IMG/VR virus record: IMGVR_UViG_2617271087_000004
Source: a virus
Lineage: Duplodnaviria > Heunggongvirae > Uroviricota > Caudoviricetes
DNA length: 64,000 nt
Direction: 5' to 3' (one strand)
The translations under genes and the position numbers were made by a program. Shown in pieces: positions 23,690 through 33,602 of the stretch (positions within the stretch are counted from its first letter, which is position 1; every line of letters starts with the position of its first letter). The notes under the pieces were generated by a model that was given only the letters and a program-made list of their open reading frames with translations, was not told the origin of the DNA and made no database searches.

Positions 23690-24130
23690 ATGGCCACACT
23701 ATCTGATACAATAAAACCGAATAAAACATATCTTGAGGCGGTACTGCGTACGGCATTGTTAGGAAAGACAGAAGACGAATACGTTGATTTCTTCCTGTCA
23801 GGGCTACGCGGGCGATTACTGAAAAATCCCCGCCTGTACCGCAGCTATGGCCCATACTGGCCGGAAATTAAAAAATTATTACTGGAGCGCGGTTATGGTA
23901 ATTTCGGTCGTCTCGTTGACCGTGACGTTCGCAAAATTTACCGTTATGACCGCCCGGCGCTGACACTCATAGCCGCGACGCTCTACAGCCAGGAGCGTTT
24001 TGATAATGGTCAGATATACTCAGCCTGGCATTTACTGCCAGTGCCTGAAGAGGTTGACGACCAGGACTATGAGTTTGAGTCTTACGATTTGGAAGTTGAA
24101 GCCTTAGCACAGGCTGGAGAGAAAACTTGA
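23690..24130 (+). CDS. ulx: Ulx-like protein
   Basis: 146 aa between darB and lxc-like ORF; assigned by position. Confidence 0.4.
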   Translation: MATLSDTIKPNKTYLEAVLRTALLGKTEDEYVDFFLSGLRGRLLKNPRLYRSYGPYWPEIKKLLLERGYGNFGRLVDRDVRKIYRYDRPALTLIAATLYSQERFDNGQIYSAWHLLPVPEEVDDQDYEFESYDLEVEALAQAGEKT

Positions 24131-24375
24131 AAAAGCGATACTACACAGTAAAGCATGGGACGCTACGAGCATTACAAGAGTTTGCTGACAAGCATAACGT
24201 TGAGGTGCGCAGGGAAGGGGGAAGTAAAGCTCTGCGCATGTACCGTCCGGACGGAAAATGGCGGACGGTCGTCGATTTCAAAACTAACAGCGTTCCCCAG
24301 GGCGTCCGCGATCGGGCATTCGAGGAATGGGAGCAGATCATCATAGATAACGCATTGCTCCTGAATGCTGATTAA
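24127..24375 (+). CDS. lxc: Lxc/Bof-like C1 co-repressor
   Basis: 82 aa basic protein (size I recall for P1 Bof/Lxc); assigned by position. Confidence 0.45.
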   Translation: MKKRYYTVKHGTLRALQEFADKHNVEVRREGGSKALRMYRPDGKWRTVVDFKTNSVPQGVRDRAFEEWEQIIIDNALLLNAD

Positions 24376-24379
24376 GAAC

Positions 24380-24408
24380 TCTCCGGCCTAGGGAGATTAG
24401 GCCGGAGA
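24380..24408. terminator. hairpin between convergent genes (likely bidirectional terminator)
   Basis: TCTCCGGCC-tagggagatt-AGGCCGGAGA perfect 10-bp stem. Confidence 0.55.
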
Positions 24409-24416
24409 TAAATATA

Positions 24417-25720
24417 CTATATAAACTTAGATATAATATCGTGAATCTGTTGTAGCGGGATTTCTTCCATCTTACTCTTAATAAGAGAGCGGTTAGATGC
24501 TGTCAGTGAAGGCCATTTTGTTTTCCAGGCTAGATATGCTCGCCATGAGTAGCCTGTTTCGTAAGGTTTATTCATATAAGTCATTGAGTGTTCAACCGCA
24601 TGTATGTATTTTTTCTCAAAGTTGGTTCCTTTTACTTCAAATAAACTACCGAAATAAATAAGCCATTTTGCCAGGTGTTCATACTGCTCCCATGCGCCAG
24701 ACTCTTTAGTAAGATCTATTTTTTTATCTATTATATCACAAAAAACATTTAATACCTTTTCATCATTCCAGCTATATCCAGATGATGAAATGGAGGAAAT
24801 GATATGATAAAAAGAATCCTCTAACTTCAAGAACTCTATTTTATACTCTCTTCCGTTTTTTATTACCGATTTGATTGAGTGCCTCAATTTGTCTTTTATT
24901 TTTTTTGCTTCTGGAATTTTCTTGTTAAGTTTTCTAAAGAAATCAGACACCTCTGTTTTATCTATAACCCTAATCCCAAAGCAGGAAAAATAGTAATCTT
25001 TAATAGGTTGCAATAGTTTCCCTCGGGAAATAAGGAAAATATTGGAGGACATTACGTTGTCCCGTGAAAATACCTTATATTCATTTATAATCGCCTTGAG
25101 GTTCGCGTCACTTAGAGAATAGCCAAGAATAACAATAGTGTTTTCATGTAGAACTGTGCTTAGTTTATTTGAAAAGTAAGAATTACCATTTATAAATCTG
25201 AAATAATCCTCGCTAGTAACAACCATATCTGATGGGGAGTCTATAGAGCCGTGAACATGGTAGACTTTAACCTCACAATTATATTTTGGAATTGGCAGGC
25301 CGGGGGTGATTGTACACGTTCGATTCTCTCCAGCCAGTTTTTCTGCTAACTTGTCATAATTTGTCGTAATTACTTTAAATGTGTTTTCTTTGAAAAAGTC
25401 TTGAATATATTCATTGATGGATCAAGTTCGATTGAGGCTATGATTTTCTCAATCTCCTGGTAAATATTTTTCCCCGAAAGTATAAATTTTAGTGCAATAA
25501 CCTGAGCAGCCTCTTCAAGGCTAAGGTCTTTTGCTTTTCCATCAGGAAATAATTCCTCTTTGAGTGAGTCACCATCCTTCAATAAACCGCACAGTTGCTC
25601 CAATAAAGATTGCCAACTTGGGGCTTTATCATCAGAAACAGCCTTTGAAAATCCAGTGCCTGTAAGAAAGCACAGCCTATGTGTAGCTGCTGCATAGGCA
25701 ATTTCTATATACTCGCTCAT
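24417..25720 (-). pseudogene. SIR2-like (SIR2_2/ThsA-type sirtuin-like NADase) gene interrupted by one frame change; AT-rich insert at the position of P1 res-mod
   Basis: ORF 25370-25720 carries CFLTGTGFS (GAGxS-like) motif; the other minus-strand frame is open from 25421 through ATG 25226 and reads ..KVITTNYDKLAE..VKVYHVHGSIDSPSDMVVTSEDYFRF..TIVILGYSLSD.. continuing to 24417; frame change near 25420-25440. Confidence 0.65.
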
Positions 25721-25776
25721 TACTTACTCCATTTACTTATAGTTCTACGGAGAAGTATACCCTAATGCATTGACGT

Positions 25777-26418
25777 TTATAGATAATTTCCTTTTCCTGT
25801 TAATACTCCCTTAGGCACCTGTTTTTGTGCCAGCGTTTGGGTTCCGCGAATTATGTTAATCAGAGGGCTTAGTAACGATGGTTCCTGGCGTGCCTCAACT
25901 TCTCCAGCCATTGCCCTGATGTAGTCTGCGCTGGCAACGTTGTTGTATTCCGTCGCAAAGCAACAGAGTAACGTCAGAACATGCTCTGTCGTTATTTCGC
26001 TCCAGTTGATGTTGAAAAATTCATCGCCTTTTTTATCGTGTTCGGAATCGAAGATGCTTTGGTGGAGGATGTATTTGCCGGATTCCTTGCGCGGTAACTT
26101 GATTGCTTTCTGGCGTTCCAGCTCCTTATAAATCTGCATGGCCTCAATTAGTACCGGCCTGCCGTTCATGAAGGGATCGCGCAACCTTACACGCTGGCCA
26201 ACTCGACCAGTAATAAAGCTGTTTTCCTCTTCCACCAGCACGATAAAACCCTTTTCCTCTTTTTCTCGCAATTCGCGCAGCAGCTGGAGTTCCATATCGC
26301 GGCGGCGTTCAGGGTAGCTGGTCCGCTCAGCCATTATCAGCTCGTTGTTGATCCATGCAGCAGTCATTGATGCCGGTTTACCGACGCTCATCGAAACAAC
26401 GCATATTTTCTTATCCAT
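25777..26418 (-). CDS. mat: Mat-like protein
   Basis: ORF between ref and the SIR2-like insert; ATG MDKKICVV at 26418 (track starts at upstream GTG 26445); assigned by position. Confidence 0.4.
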   Translation of the reverse strand: MDKKICVVSMSVGKPASMTAAWINNELIMAERTSYPERRRDMELQLLRELREKEEKGFIVLVEEENSFITGRVGQRVRLRDPFMNGRPVLIEAMQIYKELERQKAIKLPRKESGKYILHQSIFDSEHDKKGDEFFNINWSEITTEHVLTLLCCFATEYNNVASADYIRAMAGEVEARQEPSLLSPLINIIRGTQTLAQKQVPKGVLTGKGNYL

Positions 26419-26606
26419 AGCGCCCCTACAAAAAAGAAAAGCCACCAGCGGCGGCTTAGCAATACAACTGAAGGTAGCGCCCGGTACTCAGACTGTGCCG
26501 TCCATGGAATATTTGAAAAGGGATCCATCCGTACCGGGCATGTGATGATTCTGACTGAAGTCACTTGTCAGTTGTCAATTATTTCAGATTAAAAATAATA
26601 TATTTA

Positions 26607-27167
26607 TTAGTGCATGATGTTTGCCATCTCATAGGCGTCAGCCAGCAACTCCATCTCTGACTTGTTCAGCAAGGTGAATTCTTTCTTGCCTCCAACCACA
26701 CCATCGGCATGAACAGGGACCAGCCAGGGGTATTTTTCTCTTACTTCAGCCGGTGCTGCATGCTGGTGGTGCCATCTACAAAGTGGCAACTGCTTTTTGT
26801 GACAACCCGGCGCGGTACGACCGGAGATATGGTGCAGAGACACCTCTTCAGATATTACTCCATGCATATAGCAGGCAATGCAGGGGAGAGCGCCAAGAGC
26901 ATTGGCTATGCGCCGTTCCTCCGCCGTCGGTGTTCGTCCCTTCAAGCCACGAGATTTTATTTTTACCGCACTTTTCCGCGTTTTGCTGGCTGGTGGGCGC
27001 TCTTTCTGTTTAGCGATACGGCGGTCGATAGAATCCCGCATTTTCTGATATTGCGATTCTCGCCAGGCGGGGTCAGCCAACTTTTCCCGTTGCCGAGCGA
27101 TCGCTCGTTCTCTGGCTGCCTTCTGCCACTCGCGGCGCTGTTCAAGTTTTTGTTCGATTGTTTTCAT
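26607..27167 (-). CDS. ref: Ref recombination enhancement function (HNH endonuclease)
   Basis: 186 aa; basic N-terminus then HNH/zinc region LPCIACYMHG..HHISGRTAPGCHKKQLPLCRWHHQH. Confidence 0.85.
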   Translation of the reverse strand: MKTIEQKLEQRREWQKAARERAIARQREKLADPAWRESQYQKMRDSIDRRIAKQKERPPASKTRKSAVKIKSRGLKGRTPTAEERRIANALGALPCIACYMHGVISEEVSLHHISGRTAPGCHKKQLPLCRWHHQHAAPAEVREKYPWLVPVHADGVVGGKKEFTLLNKSEMELLADAYEMANIMH

Positions 27168-27172
27168 ATGGC

Positions 27173-27200
27173 AAAAAAAAAAGGCGGCCTAATGGCCGCC
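27173..27200 (-). terminator. hairpin plus T10 tract 5 nt upstream of the ref start codon
   Basis: On minus strand GGCGGCC-ATTA-GGCCGCC followed by TTTTTTTTTT then GCCAT-ATG(ref). Confidence 0.55.
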
Positions 27201-27254
27201 AATGATGTCAAGGAGTTAAGTAATGGCAACGTCTTCGTAGTTGACAAAAACTGC

Positions 27255-27284
27255 GGCTTAATTATAGCAATCAATTAGAGCAAT
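27255..27284 (-). promoter_or_regulatory. tandem overlapping C1 operator-like sites upstream of ref
   Basis: ATTATAGCAAT (27261-27271) and ATTAGAGCAAT (27274-27284), both reverse-complement copies of the ATTGCTCTAAT core. Confidence 0.55.
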
Positions 27285-27415
27285 GGTAGATATTTTGTTA
27301 ATCGCGAATCACATTTTTTCACTTCAGTACCTGTGTGCTATACTCCTTCTTGATTGATTGGATGCGGAATACAAACCCGCTCTTTTGTGCAGCCTGGCTC
27401 CTTGCCAGGCTTTTT

Positions 27416-27727
27416 TTATTTCATCATGGAAGCTGTTAACGCTTTGGATCTTGCTGAACTGATTGAAAGGGCATTGTTTACCTTACCCAGGAGTTCGCCA
27501 AATTCCACCATCACTCTAGTAAGCCCGCGCCGCGCTTCCTCCTCCGTTGCATTCATCACAAAATGTTCAGCACTCCGCATGCTTTTAACGGGGAACGCAA
27601 CAGATATCGAGTCGATATCAGGCATCCTATCGCTCAACTTTACGGTGACAATGACAGATGGTGACTGAATTTGAGAGCTTACAGACAGCACCACATATTT
27701 TCCGTCTATTTTGAAATTCTTCCGCAT
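27416..27727 (-). CDS. hypothetical protein downstream of cre
   Basis: 103-aa ORF; an antisense ORF of similar length (27354-27668) overlaps, so coding strand is uncertain. Confidence 0.3.
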   Translation of the reverse strand: MRKNFKIDGKYVVLSVSSQIQSPSVIVTVKLSDRMPDIDSISVAFPVKSMRSAEHFVMNATEEEARRGLTRVMVEFGELLGKVNNALSISSARSKALTASMMK

Positions 27728-27742
27728 GTGTCACCATAAATA

Positions 27743-27759
27743 TCAAATAATTAGAGCAA
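27743..27759 (-). promoter_or_regulatory. C1 operator-like 17-mer
   Basis: CAAATAATTAGAGCAAT. Confidence 0.5.
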
Positions 27760-27777
27760 TATGGCGCAAATGAACGG

Positions 27778-28809
27778 CTAATCGCCATCTTCCAGCAGGC
27801 GCACCATTGCCCCCGTTTCACTATCCAGGTTACGAATGTAGTTCATGACAATATTTACGTTGGTCCAGCCACCAGCTTGCATGATCTCCGGTATTGAAAC
27901 TCCGGCGCGGGCCATATCTCGCGCGGCTCCGACACGGGCACTGTGTCCAGACCAGGCCAGGTATCTCTGCCCAGAGTCATCCTTAGCGCCATAAATCAAT
28001 CGATGAGTTGCTTCAAAAATCCCTTCCAGAGCGCGAGTTGATAGCTGGCTGGTGGCAGATGGCGCGGCAACACCATTTTTTCTGACACGGCAAAACAGGT
28101 AGTTATTCGGATCATCAGCCACACCAGAGACAGAAATCCATCGCTCGACCAGTTTAGTTACCCCCAGGCTAAGTGCCTTCTCTACACCTGCGGTGCTAAC
28201 CAGTGTTTTCGTTCTGCCAATATGGATTAACATTCTCCCACCGTCAGTACGTGAGATATCTTTAACCCTGATCCTGGCAATTTCGGCTATACGTAACAGG
28301 GTGTTATAAGCAATCCCCAGAAATGCCAGATTCCGTATATCCTGGCAGCGATCGCTATTTTCCATGAGTGAACGAACCTGGTCGAAATCAGTGCGTTCGA
28401 ACGCCAATGCCTGTTTTGCACGTTCACCGGCATCAACGTTTTCTTTTCGAATCCGCCGCATGACCAGTGAAACAGCATTACTGTCACTTGGTCGTGACAG
28501 CCCGGACCGACGATGAAGCATGTTTAGCTGGCCCAAATGTTGCTGGATAGTTTTTACTGCCAGACCGCGCGCCTGAAGATATAGAAGATAATCGCGAACA
28601 TCTTCAGGTTCTGCGGGAAACCATTTCCGGTTATTCAACTTGCACCATGCCGCCCACGACCGGCAAACGGACAGAAGCATTTTCCAGGTATGCTCAGAAA
28701 ACGCCTGGCGATCCCTGAACATGTCCATCAGGTTCTTGCGAACCTCATCACTCGTTGCATCGACCGGTAATGCAGGCAAATTTTGGTGTACGGTCAGTAA
28801 ATTGGACAT
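27778..28809 (-). CDS. cre: Cre site-specific tyrosine recombinase
   Basis: 343 aa, MSNLLTVHQNLPALPVDATSDEVRKNLMDMFRDRQAFSEHTWKMLLSVCRSWAAWCKLNNRKWFPAEPEDVRDYLLYLQARGLAVKTIQQHLGQLNMLHRRSGL.. recognisable as Cre along its length; loxP 420 bp upstream. Confidence 0.98.
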   Translation of the reverse strand: MSNLLTVHQNLPALPVDATSDEVRKNLMDMFRDRQAFSEHTWKMLLSVCRSWAAWCKLNNRKWFPAEPEDVRDYLLYLQARGLAVKTIQQHLGQLNMLHRRSGLSRPSDSNAVSLVMRRIRKENVDAGERAKQALAFERTDFDQVRSLMENSDRCQDIRNLAFLGIAYNTLLRIAEIARIRVKDISRTDGGRMLIHIGRTKTLVSTAGVEKALSLGVTKLVERWISVSGVADDPNNYLFCRVRKNGVAAPSATSQLSTRALEGIFEATHRLIYGAKDDSGQRYLAWSGHSARVGAARDMARAGVSIPEIMQAGGWTNVNIVMNYIRNLDSETGAMVRLLEDGD

Positions 28810-28816
28810 TTAACAC

Positions 28817-29038
28817 TCAGATAATGGTTTTAAGTAAAGTGTACAGGATCGGCTCTGCCTTTACCTGTTTATGGTTCTCGTCATAGAAACGCCAGCGACC
28901 GCGCGTGCGTTCTATTTTCTCTTCACCGCGCGATAATGACAGTTGGCAACTATCACGATCAAACCCTTTTGCCCGCCAGTAACCACGGTTTTTCTCAAGC
29001 TCAAGATGAGTGGACACTTTAGCAGCTGAATATCCCAT
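28817..29038 (-). CDS. small ORF between loxP and cre (hypothetical)
   Basis: 73-aa ORF in cre leader region; may be noncoding. Confidence 0.25.
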   Translation of the reverse strand: MGYSAAKVSTHLELEKNRGYWRAKGFDRDSCQLSLSRGEEKIERTRGRWRFYDENHKQVKAEPILYTLLKTII

Positions 29039-29135
29039 TTTTCACCTCTGATTGATTGGTGGTGCTAAGTGCGCTACGCGAAATCTGGAGCACAAACACT
29101 GCCAACAATTCGCAGATTTTACGTAGCGCAACCTT

Positions 29136-29155
29136 GATCAAATGATCAAGTGATC
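29136..29155. promoter_or_regulatory. cluster of three GATC (Dam) sites at 8-bp phasing in cre upstream region
   Basis: ttGATCaaatGATCaagtGATCact; further GATC at 29205. Confidence 0.5.
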
Positions 29156-29227
29156 ACTATTTGACCTGATAAGGTATTGAACTGTATGGATTTACAGGTA
29201 AATTGATCATGTTCAATAACCCTTAAG

Positions 29228-29261
29228 ATAACTTCGTATAATGTATGCTATACGAAGTTAT
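29228..29261 (+). other. loxP: loxP recombination site
   Basis: ATAACTTCGTATA-ATGTATGC-TATACGAAGTTAT, exact 34-bp canonical loxP. Confidence 0.99.
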
Positions 29262-29304
29262 TAGGTCCGAAGAGGAGTTTACGTCCAGCTGCGCATAAAA
29301 ATCA

Positions 29305-29321
29305 AGAATTATTAGAGCAAT
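29305..29321 (-). promoter_or_regulatory. C1 operator-like 17-mer (immC region)
   Basis: AGAATTATTAGAGCAAT (15/17). Confidence 0.6.
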
Positions 29322-29387
29322 AAATTTTGAGAGAAAAATCCCACTCCACCAGCCAAAAACTGGATTGTTTTTCATTGTTGTTTGACA

Positions 29388-29404
29388 ATTGCTCTAATAA
29401 ATTA
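29388..29404 (+). promoter_or_regulatory. C1 operator-like 17-mer (immC region)
   Basis: ATTGCTCTAATAAATTA (16/17); divergent from site at 29305-29321. Confidence 0.65.
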
Positions 29405-29642
29405 TAGTTTTGCCGCCGTTTCGTAATACGACTTTGGATTCACTATTTAATGTGTCTTCAGCGTTGTAGAGCGGCTCAGAAGGAAATGAGCAAACAGGGA
29501 AACCTTATACAACGGCATTACAGCTATGCATTGCTCATCTTACACACAGCGCAATGTTGTTAGATTACCCCAGCATGGATCATGGGTGAAACAGTAGGTC
29601 AGAGCTTCAGGCTCTGTGTTGTCAATACAGTGAGGCATAATT

Positions 29643-29852
29643 ATGGCTTTCATTCCACCAACCATCGACGACGTTAGACATTGCTCTAACGCTTTATCTG
29701 TAGACCCTGCCGAAACCGACGCTGCCCGCGCCATTGCTGAACACTACTCAAAGATATCCAATCAGGAGTACCGCATCACCCAAGACGACCTGGATGATCT
29801 CACTGACACAATCGAATATCTCATGGCCACTAACCAGCCAGACTCACAATAA
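29643..29852 (+). CDS. coi: Coi, C1 inactivator
   Basis: 69-aa ORF immediately upstream of c1. Confidence 0.7.
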   Translation: MAFIPPTIDDVRHCSNALSVDPAETDAARAIAEHYSKISNQEYRITQDDLDDLTDTIEYLMATNQPDSQ

Positions 29853-29962
29853 ATGCACTAATAAATCTATTATTTTCGTTGGATCCTTCTATAATGGTGG
29901 CCAACAACTCCCAGTGTAATCCGCTGTGAGTTGTTGGCCATGTCAATTCTGGAGGAGGATCA

Positions 29963-30814
29963 ATGATAAATTATGTCTACGGCGAACAACTGTACCAGGA
30001 GTTCGTCAGCTTCAGGGATCTCTTTCTAAAAAAAGCTGTTGCACGCGCCCAACACGTTGATGCCGCCAGCGACGGTCGTCCTGTACGCCCGGTTGTCGTT
30101 CTGCCGTTCAAAGAAACGGACAGCATTCAGGCTGAAATTGATAAATGGACTTTAATGGCGCGAGAACTGGAACAGTACCCAGACCTCAATATCCCAAAGA
30201 CTATTTTATATCCAGTGCCTAACATCCTTCGCGGTGTGCGTAAGGTTACAACTTATCAGACAGAAGCTGTGAACAGCGTCAACATGACCGCTGGCCGCAT
30301 TATTCATCTGATTGATAAGGACATTCGCATCCAGAAAAGCGCGGGGATCAATGAGCACAGTGCGAAATACATAGAGAACCTGGAAGCAACAAAAGAGCTA
30401 ATGAAGCAGTACCCGGAGGATGAAAAATTCCGTATGCGTGTACACGGCTTTAGCGAAACAATGCTGCGCGTCCATTACATTTCCAGTAGCCCTAACTACA
30501 ATGATGGTAAATCAGTTAGTTACCATGTGCCGCTGTGTGGTGTGTTTATCTGCGATGAAACTCTCCGTGATGGAATCATCATCAACGGTGAATTCGAGAA
30601 AGCAAAATTTAGCCTTTATGACTCTATAGAACCGATCATCTGCGACCGCTGGCCGCAGGCAAAAATATATCGCCTGGCAGATATTGAAAATGTAAAAAAA
30701 CAAATTGCCATCACTCGCGAAGAGAAAAAGGTCAAATCAGCCGCATCAGTTACGCGCAGCCGTAAAACTAAGAAGGGGCAGCCAGTAAACGACAACCCCG
30801 AAAGCGCGCAATAG
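29963..30814 (+). CDS. c1: C1 repressor of lytic functions
   Basis: 283 aa (the length I recall for P1 C1); located between loxP/coi and pacB; the cognate operator motif recurs across the window. Confidence 0.85.
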   Translation: MINYVYGEQLYQEFVSFRDLFLKKAVARAQHVDAASDGRPVRPVVVLPFKETDSIQAEIDKWTLMARELEQYPDLNIPKTILYPVPNILRGVRKVTTYQTEAVNSVNMTAGRIIHLIDKDIRIQKSAGINEHSAKYIENLEATKELMKQYPEDEKFRMRVHGFSETMLRVHYISSSPNYNDGKSVSYHVPLCGVFICDETLRDGIIINGEFEKAKFSLYDSIEPIICDRWPQAKIYRLADIENVKKQIAITREEKKVKSAASVTRSRKTKKGQPVNDNPESAQ

Positions 30815-30838
30815 TTTCTATCCGGCATGGTTAATGAG

Positions 30839-32323
30839 TTATTCATTAAGCCATGCCAGAGCTTCATCAACCTGCGCTTCGTCTTCGACGCTAAGCACTT
30901 CATCCTGGGGAACATAGTTCGCCAACATAGCGAAACAATATGTATCCCAATGGTCCGGTGAGTGCAGGTTGAGTTTTTTCTTCATATCTTCCTTTGACAT
31001 CACCTTCCATTGACCTGCGGAATTTATCCCTACCGGTATCTTTGATGCTTCCTCTATAGTCGCAGCCCCCTTATCAAGCCTCATACGCCCTGATTTTACA
31101 GCTTCTGCCGCCTGAATATTCGCGAAAGCGCGCATATCGAAATAAAGGCTTTTATCTTCACGGCTGTGCATCTTTTTACCCCAGCGGATACGCTGGACGG
31201 TAATACCATAGCGTTCGTACATTAGATCAGCCGTCGATTTCCCCAAGCCATCGCCATCAATAGCTATGGTTATGTTCGGGAACCGTTCTGGGTTACATTC
31301 TGCGAAAATCTTGGCGGCTAACTGCGTTTCTGTAACGTCTGTGTATTCCAGCATACGATAGTTGATTACACGGCGTTTATTTCGCTGGCCGGACACCATC
31401 ATGATATTAATAACGGACTTATCTCGTCCTGTGCCACCAGCAACGTCAACACATGCAACCCAGCCCCATCCTTTGGCAATCTTGACCTTTCGCCGCGTCG
31501 CCCGCTCAACCTCATCACGACCAAGAAGAAAGCCATCTTGAGATTTGGGAAATTCACCACGTACTTTGATCATGTACATGGGGTTATCACGACCGCCATA
31601 CTCCGCAAGTTTTGCTCGTATAAATTTTGCATCTACAAGCGGAGATTCTTCACTATTCAGTATTATCGCAGTAAACAATCCATCAGGATTTCCCGGGCGA
31701 ATAGCTAGTCTGTGGTGTGAATCGTAGAAATAGCCTGAAGGTCGCGTAGGCTGGGAAAGAAGCAGAATACGGTTATCCTTACCGGTCAGCGCACCTGTTA
31801 TCACACTGAATGCTTTATCACTCACACCCGACGCTTCGTCGATGATATACAAGAGATGATCGGCGTGTTCACCAGCCAACGCCTCCTCATTCCCGGGGCG
31901 ACAGGACTTTATCAATATTGTCCAAACACCCTTGCCAGTCACCTCAAAAAAAGACGTTTCTGTAAGAATGAAATACTTCGACAACCACGGGAATCTGCTA
32001 ACAGCAGTAGCCCAATTGCTCTTTATGTATTTGAAAATACCATCAAGGACTTGCTGTCTTTTGTTAGCGACCAGAATGACGCGAGCGCCGGGGAAAAACA
32101 TGATGAAGAGTATTGCAATGATACTCGTCATATCCGATTTACCAGTACCATGGCCGGAGGTCACACTTGTCCAACTGCCGTCCTGCTGCGTGGACTCAAT
32201 GATCTCATCCTGCTGCCAGGTTGGTGTCTTCCCAAACAACACATCAGCGGCCGCAATCCAGTCATAACGATATAGCGCCACAAGCTCGCGCCAACGTGGG
32301 TCCGTTACGCAACTTCTGGCCAT
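30839..32323 (-). CDS. pacB: terminase large subunit PacB
   Basis: 494 aa; Walker A SGHGTGKS, Walker [12 protein letters not shown]-terminal nuclease region; overlaps pacA stop. Confidence 0.9.
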
Positions 32324-33516
32324 TAATCATCATCCCCGTACAGTTTGCGGGTAACTTCTTCGTCTTCCTCCTCGTCTTCGTCCAGATCCTGTTCAAGCCA
32401 TGCTTCGTTTGATATGCCTTCCGCATCGACATCACCATAACCACCTGTATCGACGATATCGGCAATTTCTTCTCTACGATGCTCAATCCACAATGCGGCA
32501 TCAGCGCGGCGGCTGGCGGCCCGTTCTCGCGCGATTTTATCCAGATCTTCAAGTGATGGAGCGCCAGATGCTGTTTGGTTTTCCTCATCATCGGTATTGG
32601 TCTTAGGAGCACGCAGATCGGCTTTGATTTGCTCCAGCATCAGGGGAGGCACTTTTCCTCCATGCGCCTCGATGAATTCAGCCGCTTCCAGCACTGACCA
32701 GTTATTTTCACGCTTTCGTTCGTATGCCAGCTTAACAATGCCAGCTTGCCCCATAGATAAAGCGTGCTTTTCCGCCTCCCGGCTTTCTTTTCGATAGTTA
32801 TTCCGGATGCTGTAAATGGTGTTGATCAGGCTGCTTATCTGCGCGGAACAGCTGTTTAGCATGCTCGCGATACGGTATTCAGGCGGAGTACCTTCATCAT
32901 CGTCTTTTTGCTGATCGCGCATTTCCTGCACTAGGCGAATACACGTATCCCTGGCGTTCTCCAGCATAAGGAGATGAGAAAGAGACTTTTCCAGAAGAGT
33001 GGTTTCCAGAACATCGGCCCCGGACCGACGCAACATAGCGCGCGCGGCCTTCCGCGCTTCAACGTTATCTATCAGGTAATCGCCAGCTTCGAATTCAAAG
33101 CGTTCACCATCATCATCCAGGGTGTCGCGTTCCAGGCGATCACGTAAGGTACGGTGGGCGCGGGTGATCACGTCATGATCATCAGAACGATCATTTATGC
33201 GCTTATTTTGGCGCTTAGCGTTCTCGACTGCGGCACTGACAACAGCATTAACTCTTTGTTTTTCAGCCATTTCAGCCACAATGTGATCACCTGCACGTTG
33301 ATCATTAGCGTGATCAATGATCATGCTTTTTAGAGGCTTCCTGACTGGCTTATTTGGCTTGCGGCTGTCCGCTGTCCTGGTGTCTTCTTTGAAGGCACGG
33401 AGATAACGACGTGCGGTATTAGGGTTAAGATTAAACTCGGCGGCATACTGTGCGATGGTGTAACCACCATCTCGCGCCAGGCGAGCAAAATTCTTCTTGT
33501 GATCGTCCCAGGTCAC
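32323..33516 (-). CDS. pacA: terminase small subunit / pac recognition protein PacA
   Basis: 397 aa; gene contains the GATC-hexamer pac site. Confidence 0.85.
33160..33325. other. pac: pac packaging site (two clusters of TGATCA/G hexamers inside pacA)
   Basis: Cluster 1 TGATCAcgtcaTGATCAtcagaacGATCA (33165-33193); cluster 2 with four TGATCA at 33284-33323; seven hexamers in total, as described for P1 pac. Confidence 0.8.
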
Positions 33517-33602
33517 TTATGCTTCCTTTCGTATAAAACTCTTTTTGACGCGAGGGTAACGAAAGTCACATGTCAAAAGGCCCGGAACGGGCAAGCAATC
33601 AA

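Noticed and set aside
17209-23697. Numerous 60-180 aa ORFs on the antisense strand within darB, and similarly within ddrB, darA and other long genes
   Set aside because: They are embedded in long, well-supported coding regions and have no start signals; treated as frame artefacts.
24417-25720. Thoeris system (ThsA plus ThsB)
   Set aside because: Only a SIR2-like gene is present; no TIR-domain ORF in the flanking 2 kb, so a complete Thoeris system is not supported.
24417-26445. Type III restriction-modification genes (res/mod) expected at this locus
   Set aside because: No ORF in the interval is large enough or carries helicase/MTase motifs; the locus holds the SIR2-like insert and a Mat-like gene instead.
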